Shown here: in pieces, positions 23,623 to 30,456 of the stretch
How positions within the stretch are numbered: the first letter of the stretch is position 1
Layout: each line of letters opens with the position of its first letter
Assembly: GCF_006345805.1 (NCBI RefSeq)
Contig: NW_021832662.1
Location: 1 to 30,456 of the forward strand
Reading direction: 5' to 3'
Length of the DNA stretch: 30,456 nucleotides
DNA from: Octopus sinensis
Taxonomy: Eukaryota
Notes under the pieces: model-generated
The model's input: only the letters and a program-made list of their open reading frames with translations
Databases searched by the model: none
What the model was told of the DNA's origin: nothing
Program-made: the position numbers and the translations under genes

Positions 23623-23870
23623 AGTATGCATGCATATATGTATGTGTCAATAAGTATGTGTGCGTATATGTGTGTGTGTATAAGTATGCGTGCGGATATG
23701 TATGTACGTATAAGTCTGCGTGCGTATATGTATGTGTGTATAAGTATGCGTGCGCATATGTATGTGTCTATAAGTATGTGTGCGTATATGTATGTGCGTT
23801 TAAGTATGCGTACGTATATATATATGTGTACATATGTGTATGTTTATATGTGTGCATGCTTGCCTTCGTG
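22990..23870. repeat. 30-bp minisatellite (TATATGTATGTGTGTATAAGTATGCGTGCG)n with an internal inverted block
   Basis: Repeated tataagtatgcgtgcg anchors; reverse-complement units at ~23119-23270. Confidence 0.85.
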
Positions 23871-24174
23871 CATTATGCATCGTGTGATTCATTGTATGTG
23901 TGTGTGTGCTCGCACGCGCGTGTTTCTGTATATATATTTATGGGCGCAAACATATACATATATTTCTATGCATACATACTTACACATACACACACACACA
24001 CACTACTTGCTAGCTTTGAAGGAAGTGGAAAAGCTCATTATCTTCGCAAACCCTTCGAGATCGGTGAGATTTATGCTGTATACATACATACATAATACAC
24101 ACACACACACACATGTGAGTGTGTAGACAAAGAAAGAAGGACACTCAACACATTTGTTGGGAGTAACATGTATT

Positions 24175-24331
24175 GATCAAAACAGTTTGCTTCACCCTCC
24201 TTGGTACTCTAAATTACAAGCGTTGCACTAATCTTCGGCCATTGAACTTCGAATCAAACTCCACTGGTCGAAGATTAGCGCCATGCTTGAAACCCAAAGT
24301 ACCAAGCAGTTTGAATCAAACAGTTTTGATC
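24175..24331. mobile_element. MITE-like fold-back with ~66-bp imperfect arms
   Basis: Arms align without indels from gatcaaaac to ctaatcttcg.cca; ~23-nt loop; TA dinucleotides near both ends. Confidence 0.7.
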
Positions 24332-24339
24332 CAAATATA

Positions 24340-24530
24340 TATTCTATTATTCTTTTATTTGTTTCAGTGATTTGACTGCGGCCTTGCTGGAGCACTGCCG
24401 ATTAATTATTCTGTGTCTTTTGCCGAACCGCTAAGTTACGGGGACATAAGCACACCAGCATCGGTTGTCAAGTGATGGTGTGTGTGTGTGTGGGGGGGAT
24501 AAACACAGACACATAAACACACACGCACGC
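24340..24530 (-). mobile_element. SINE family A 3' fragment
   Basis: gtttcagtgatttgactgcggcc..gccgaaccgctaagttacggggac..gcatcggttgtcaag match. Confidence 0.75.
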
Positions 24531-24589
24531 ACACAACCCACATATATTACATATAAATGTATTATATTATATATATATATATATATATA

Positions 24590-24623
<34 letters not shown>

Positions 24624-24692
24624 GACCTCGTGAGTACCACTGGCGATTTCTTTTCCTCTGTCTTCCCTTCTCGGGATCTTTCCTTCTCCTTT

Positions 24693-24727
24693 GTTTCCGA
24701 CGAAGAGCTCCGCTCGAAACGTCAAAC
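24693..24727 (+). ncRNA. Minimal hammerhead motif with core mutation (CCGACGA)
   Basis: GUUU-CCGACGA-A-GAGC(UCC)GCUC-GAA-AC/GU-C-AAAC; GUC triplet; U4>C. Confidence 0.6.
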
Positions 24728-24980
24728 CCTCCTTCTTCCCTTCTTTCCTGAGCGTCCAATAATACTTTATTTGTTCCACGTCCTCGCGTTGCTGTGTTTT
24801 TTTTGTGTTTTTTTTGTATTTTCTTATTTGGATTATGTATGTATGTTTACGTGTGGGTATGTGTGTACGCGTGAGGTTGTGTCTGTGGAGTAACTGTACG
24901 TTACTCTGTGTGTGTGTGTGGTGTGTGTGTGTGACTGCGTGTGTACGGTCTTCCCTTCTCTGGATCTTTCCTTCTCCTAT

Positions 24981-25015
24981 GTTTCTGACGAAGAGCTCCG
25001 CTCGAAACGTTAAAC
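24981..25015 (+). ncRNA. Minimal type-I hammerhead motif, intact
   Basis: GUUU-CUGACGA-A-GAGC(UCC)GCUC-GAA-AC/GU-U-AAAC; all core bases and all stem pairs present. Confidence 0.75.
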
Positions 25016-25112
25016 CCCCCTTCTTTCCTTGTTTCCTGAGCGTCAATAATACTATAATTGTTCCACGTCCTCGCGTTGCTGTGATTTCTCTCTTGTGTTT
25101 TCATGTTTGGAT

Positions 25113-25164
<52 letters not shown>

Positions 25165-25171
25165 AATGCAT

Positions 25172-25306
25172 TAATGTTTCATCAGTTATCGAACAAAAAT
25201 ACTAATATCCAGTCTCATGCCTTTAACGATAAGACTGGGAACTTCGTATATCAGCAGCACCCGCAAGATTTGCGTAGAGTCAGAGCTCGAGAAAACAAGA
25301 CAGTAC
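25172..25306. repeat. ~135 bp direct repeat, second copy at 25852-25986
   Basis: Colinear copies 680 bp apart flanking a purine-rich spacer. Confidence 0.85.
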
Positions 25307-26659
25307 ATGGTGAACGTACGAATGTAAACAAATGTAATTTGAAAGGACAGACAAAGACAATAAATGAAGCCTTTTGGCCAAACACGTGCCTGAAGGTTAA
25401 TGCCTAGAAGAAATCCTCAAATGGACATAAAACCAGAATTAGTAAGAGAAGAGAAAAAGTTGACCAGCACGCTAGGCGAAAAGGTAGACGATAGAAAATT
25501 AGTCGTGGGTCACATGTGGGCAGCGGATAGAAGGGAAGGATGATGAGAGAGAGAGAGCGGCAGCGAGAGAGGGGGAGAGAGAAAAGAAAGGAAGAAAGGG
25601 CGAAGTCTACAATTAAGCGTGAAATGAGAGAGAGGGAGAGGGGGAGAGAGGAAGTAGGAATGGTAGAAAAGGAATTTTAGAGCGAGAAAGAAAGAAAGGA
25701 AGAAAGGAAGAAAGAAAGAAAAATGGAGTCGGAAAACATATATACAAACTGACTGTTTGCGAAAGTCAGGATGCGTGGCGTTCAGTTATTTCATAAATGA
25801 AAAATGCACTAAATACTACAAAACGTGCACATAGGACAAATACAAGGACCCTAATGCTTCATCAGTTATCGACCGAAAATACTAAAACCCAGTCTCGTGC
25901 CTTTAACGATAAGATTGGGAACTTCATTTATCGGCGGCGCCCGCAAGATTTGCGTTGAGTTAGAGCTCGAGAAAACAAAACAATACAACGTAGACGTATA
26001 CGCATATATGTGTATGTTAGAGATATTGTATGTGTGTCTGTATGAGTTTGTGTATGTGTGTGTGTGAGTGAGTGTGTTGAGTGTGTGTGAGTTCGTATAT
26101 TCTATATAATAGAATATGCAAAGCAAACAGAAAAAAAAACGCAACTATCTAAACTAAACATAAATAATATCAAAAAACCATCCTTATCACCATCTCATCA
26201 TTATTATTATTATAATGACCCTCGTCAAAAAAATACAAACAAAATGTTTTAATGAGTAGCACACTAAACAACAACAACAACAACAAAAAGAGTAATTATC
26301 ATTAACGAAAGCGAAGCAACAACAACAACAACAACAAAAAAGAAAAGCTACTAAAATACAACAACAAACGCCTTAGGCAAACCTTAAAGCCACGCATGAT
26401 TTGAAAAGGTTGACGTGTTGAGCAGTGTTAAATGGAAATGTAAAATGGAGGAAGACGACGCCATTTGCTGTAACGATACAACTATTGGAGTTAGGATTTC
26501 ATGCTTAATTTACTCCCTGTATATCTTTCTAGATTTTTTTTAGTATTTCTTTGTTCATGTTTTTGTGTTTGTGTGTGTGTGTGTGCGTACATGTGTATGT
26601 ATGTGTGTGTGTGTGTGTGTGTATTTGATGCGTTTTTCTTTTGCTTTCTATTTTAGTAT

Positions 26660-26738
26660 ACAATTATCATCGCCATTGTTATTATTATTATCAATATTAT
26701 TATTATTATTATTATTATTATTTATTATTATTATTATT

Positions 26739-26775
<37 letters not shown>

Positions 26776-26886
26776 CCATCATCATTCTTCTTCTTCTTCT
26801 TCTTCTTCTTCTTATTATTATTATTATTATTATTATTATTTTTATTATCATCATCATCACCATCATCATCACCATTATTATTATTA

Positions 26887-26919
<33 letters not shown>

Positions 26920-26925
26920 CATCAT
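26660..26925. repeat. Compound (ATT)(ATC)(CTT) trinucleotide array
   Basis: Direct reading; further (ATT)n at 14250-14295, 27630-27717 and 29245-29315. Confidence 0.95.
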
Positions 26926-26934
26926 CAAATACCA

Positions 26935-27060
26935 CCAGGGTTGACTTTGCCTTTCGGAATCAATAAATGAAATACCAGTCAAGCACTGGGGTCGATGTGA
27001 TCGACTATCCCCATCCCTCCAGAATTTCAGGACTTGTGCCTCTAATAGAAAGGATTATTA
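26935..27060 (+). mobile_element. SINE family D 3' part with (ATT)n tail
   Basis: gttgactttgcctttc..ctggggtcgatgtgatcgact..cttgtgcc..agaaaggattattatt; overlaps in sequence with 29595-29700. Confidence 0.6.
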
Positions 27061-27073
27061 TTATTATTATTAT

Positions 27074-27630
27074 TGAGTGAGAGAGCAGTTCATGCCATCA
27101 AAGTGACACTGGGGTAAATTATACGAAGCCCAATATACCCATCATGACTACCCGTCTGATAAAGGTACACCAGGCACATGCATCACAACCATATGTGCGC
27201 GACATGGTGATCTCATATCAAGATAAACAGCACATGACCTTGCAGGTGGGGCCCAATTAGAATTTTCTTCAGGTTGAGTAGCCCATCCCGCTCAAACGGT
27301 CCCTGAATAAGGGTTGTTTAAGGATGTTGAAAGAACCACCCATGTTTCCAGAGGTGAACTATTCAAACCCCAAAGAATCCTTCTCAACACATGGCTATGA
27401 TGCTCCCCCACTACTTCTGCTCGTGATCAGAGATGCACATATCATCAGCCACTAAAGGGACATGCTCAGCTGGTTAAAGTCAAACAACTGACAAGCAAAT
27501 CTGTGGTATTGAGCAGAATATTTGCTGTAGCCCATCTTTTATACCAAGACAAAACAATGTACATGATAACACTTCCAATCAGTTAAGATCAGAAGCCATG
27601 AGAGCCACTGCCTGGTACTGCATCAGGGCA
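27074..27630 (-). mobile_element. ~550 bp non-coding interspersed element in (ATT)n, copy 2
   Basis: Same ends as copy 1; pure (ATT)n on both flanks. Confidence 0.85.
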
Positions 27631-27719
27631 TTTATTATTATTATTATATTATTATTTATTATTATTTATTATTATATTATTATTATTATTATTATTATTA
27701 TATTATCATTATTATTCAT

Positions 27720-29243
27720 ATATACTCAGCGGATTAAACTGTTGAAAAAGAAAAAATATCCTAACAAGTAGCATTAGATGTCAAGAACCCTCGTATTGGA
27801 TTACAGCAAGTAACGTTAGATGCCAAAAACCCTCTTAAGCATCCTAGCTGTCCATAATAACACTGTTTTCTGGAGCTGTACTAAACTGGGTTTTGTGCCT
27901 ATTTCCGTTATCTACATGTTCAAATCTTTAGGGATCGTTCCCAGTGCTCCTATAACAACTGGGATACATTTTGCTCGCACCTTCCATCGTCTCTATTATT
28001 GAATAGCTAGATCCTAGTACTTTGCTATTATTTCTAAACTCCTCATATTAATTTTTTCCATCATTTGGGACTGTAAGGTCAATTATCTGGCATTTTCTAT
28101 TCTCTTTATCTATTACTACTATCAAATTAGTCATTCTAGCTTCTATTACTCTGTCAGTCTGCATGTTAAAGTCCCACAATGTCTTGCAAACAACTTGCAC
28201 AGGTAAGTGCTACCAGTCAAAAGCTCCGTATACCGGAAGCCAGCAAGTGTATGGGGTCATTAGGAGAGAATGCACGCCGTTCCGGGGCCTACCTTTCGAC
28301 GGCATCAATGCGCACCGGCCCCCCTCACTAGATCAGCTGGTTATCAAATAAAGCTCAATATCATTCTAGCCATCGCTCATCGTCTCTTTTTAACCAAATC
28401 CAGTGGCTAGCCTTCTCCACTGTAGATTGGATATCAGTCATGGTGGTATTGACTTTACTTTATATTTACTTTATATTTCTTACTTTCTAGTACTTTACTA
28501 GGTTCATGTTCATACCATTTATCCGTATGTTCAAATCCTAGCTTTCTACATAGGTCCCAGTAGATTACTCTCCCTAGATTGTCATAGCTTTCCTTCTATT
28601 CTTTCTATGCTAGCATGCTACATTCACTTACTATATGTATAACGCTTTCTTCCTTTGAATTACATAATCTACACTGGGAATCTACTTGGTTTTTCATCTT
28701 TCTTAGCTTTTATCCAATTAGTTCTTAATGCTTGATCTTATGCCGCTACTAACACCCTTTCTGTCTCTTTCTTCAGCTTTCCTTTCTGCAACCATAACCA
28801 TGTCTCACTATTCTATTTGCTGCAACTGTCTTTGGCAATCTACCATGCAACGCCTTCTCTTGCCAGTCAGATAATTTCTCTTCTTTTTTCTGCTTTTTAA
28901 CTTCGTTTTGGGTTTTTGGCTTCCCTATGTCTTGCTGTGAATCTAGCAGCTTTTAATAAACTTTCTTCACTATTACCTACGTAGAAGTCTATATCTACTC
29001 TGTCTAACACCACGCAATCTTCTACCGATATTACAACCTTTCCAGGTAGGTATAATCATGTGACTCCTGTCCTTGGATGGAGTCCTCCATTCATATTGAT
29101 TTCCTTTCTTGATCTTCTGCCAATCTTTCTAATTCAGTTTTTGTCCAATCCACAAAAGCTGCTGAATACCTAAGTAATGATACTGACCAAGTATTTACAG
29201 ATTTCACTAGATTCGGACCATTTAGCTTTGACCAATAAAAAGG
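27720..29243 (-). mobile_element. Heavily decayed second R4/Dong-like non-LTR element (post-RT region, finger, RLE, 3' UTR)
   Basis: Minus-strand remnants KLNGPNLVKSVNTWSVSLLRYSAAFVDWTKTEL, LKKETERVLVAA*DQALRTNWIKAK, LWDFNMQTDRVIEAR, IIDLTVP, CIPVVIGALGTIPK, LQKTVLLWTARML; many stops; bounded by (AAT)n tracts on both sides. Confidence 0.85.
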
Positions 29244-29293
<50 letters not shown>

Positions 29294-29594
29294 CATTATT
29301 ATTATTATTATTATTTTCCAGTATTCTTATTTTCATGACGTGCTTTCATTTCACTACCGAGCGCAGATCTGTGTGCCTTGGGTATGTGCTGTAGTTTGTT
29401 GTGGTGCTCTTATTTTCACCGTATTGAAAGTGATTTACGTTGGAAGTGTGCAGTGCCCAGTAGTGCAATTTTCAGTATGTTATATATATATTTGTAAGTC
29501 CTGGTGTTTTTGTTATGTATTTGTCTGAAACATTTTGTATCATACCTAATGCGCCTATTATCATAGGAATTGTCGATTACATCAACACTATTAT

Positions 29595-29700
29595 TCAAAT
29601 GGAACTTGTGCCATCGACCCCGAAAGGATGAAATGCAAAGTCAACCACGGCGGAATTTGAACCCAGAACGTAAAGACGGACGAAATATGTATGCACTTAT
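29595..29700 (-). mobile_element. SINE family D fragment
   Basis: B-box-like GGGTTCAAATTCC followed by gttgactttgcatttcatcctttcggggtcga. Confidence 0.6.
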
Positions 29701-29755
29701 TAGGTGTATGTCATCCATTTCCGTCATATACTATTCTTTCACACGCACACACACG

Positions 29756-29801
<46 letters not shown>

Positions 29802-30237
29802 AGCACACACACACTCATACACACACACAAGCACATATATATGCGTGTGTGCGAATGTATGTATGTGTGAGCGTGTGCTTATGCGCGTGCGTGTGCGTAG
29901 ACATACATATATGTATGTATATATGTTTGTGCAGCCATCTACATATAAACGTTGAGAGTTCTTAATAAAATAAATAAATAAATAAATAAAACATAGATTA
30001 AAAAATAGAATAAAAACCAAAAAGGAAAATGGAGTAAAAAAAAACCCTGCAAAAACTTACAACATTACTAGACAAACAAAGCCAGTGTGTGCCGAGAGTA
30101 ATTGAGTTCCTCATAATAAAGGTTTGTTTTAGATTAGGCGAAATCTACTCACTAATTTGTGCTAATTTATACACATATATAAATATATAGGTGTGTGTAT
30201 GTGTGTATGCATATAAATGTTAATATGTATATATATG

Positions 30238-30272
<35 letters not shown>

Positions 30273-30456
30273 ATATATGTGTATGTATATATATTGTATA
30301 TCTTTAGGCCTGCTAGGAAGAGGGTTGTTCGTGATGTAACAGAAATGCGCATGAACACACATACGCACACAAACACACTCTAACGCACATGCACGCTCTA
30401 TCTCACTCTCACATACACACACATAGACATACACACATGCATGCACACACACGCAC

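Larger units (their letters stand above)
24620..25120 (+). mobile_element. Tandem pair of H1 hammerhead-bearing repeats
   Basis: Copy 1 ~24620-24835, copy 2 ~24944-25118, separated by a TG-rich spacer and flanked by (TA)n; cores start at 24697 and 24985. Confidence 0.8.

Noticed and set aside
22990-23870. CRISPR-like array
   Set aside because: Tandem units with no unique spacers, in a eukaryotic context; it is a minisatellite.
27400-27452. CUGAUGA/CUGACGA inside the 550 bp element (also ~14670) as a hammerhead
   Set aside because: No stem II closing onto GAAA; the T/C difference is explained by CpG decay.
376-30452. Most ORF-track entries (YIYI, HTHT, VCVC, MYVC, LSIY, poly-L/V/S/N/R)
   Set aside because: They are translations of microsatellites, which lack stop codons in some frames; no coding evidence.

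Overview
AT-rich, microsatellite-saturated eukaryotic non-coding DNA. The repeat landscape (tRNA-derived SINEs with internal CA/TA tracts, RTE and R4/Dong-like LINE remnants, dense TA/CA/TATG/TATC/ATT arrays) suggests an octopus or other coleoid cephalopod; this is an inference, not a database result. No intact host protein-coding gene can be supported, and almost all ORF-track entries are translations of microsatellites. Recognisable content: a 5'-truncated, lesioned RT + restriction-like-endonuclease LINE (2.5-5.1 kb, +), an older one (27.7-29.2 kb, -), several RTE-type 3' ends, many SINE copies from several modular families, two copies of a ~550 bp element sitting in (TAA)n tracts, fold-back hairpins and local duplications. 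The best lead is five minimal type-I hammerhead-ribozyme motifs in short microsatellite-embedded repeats. They show covarying stems and an ACGT-palindromic stem III, and two lie in tandem 288 nt apart, an arrangement typical of Penelope pseudo-LTRs and non-LTR retrozymes. Coordinates and identities were read by eye and repeat boundaries are approximate.
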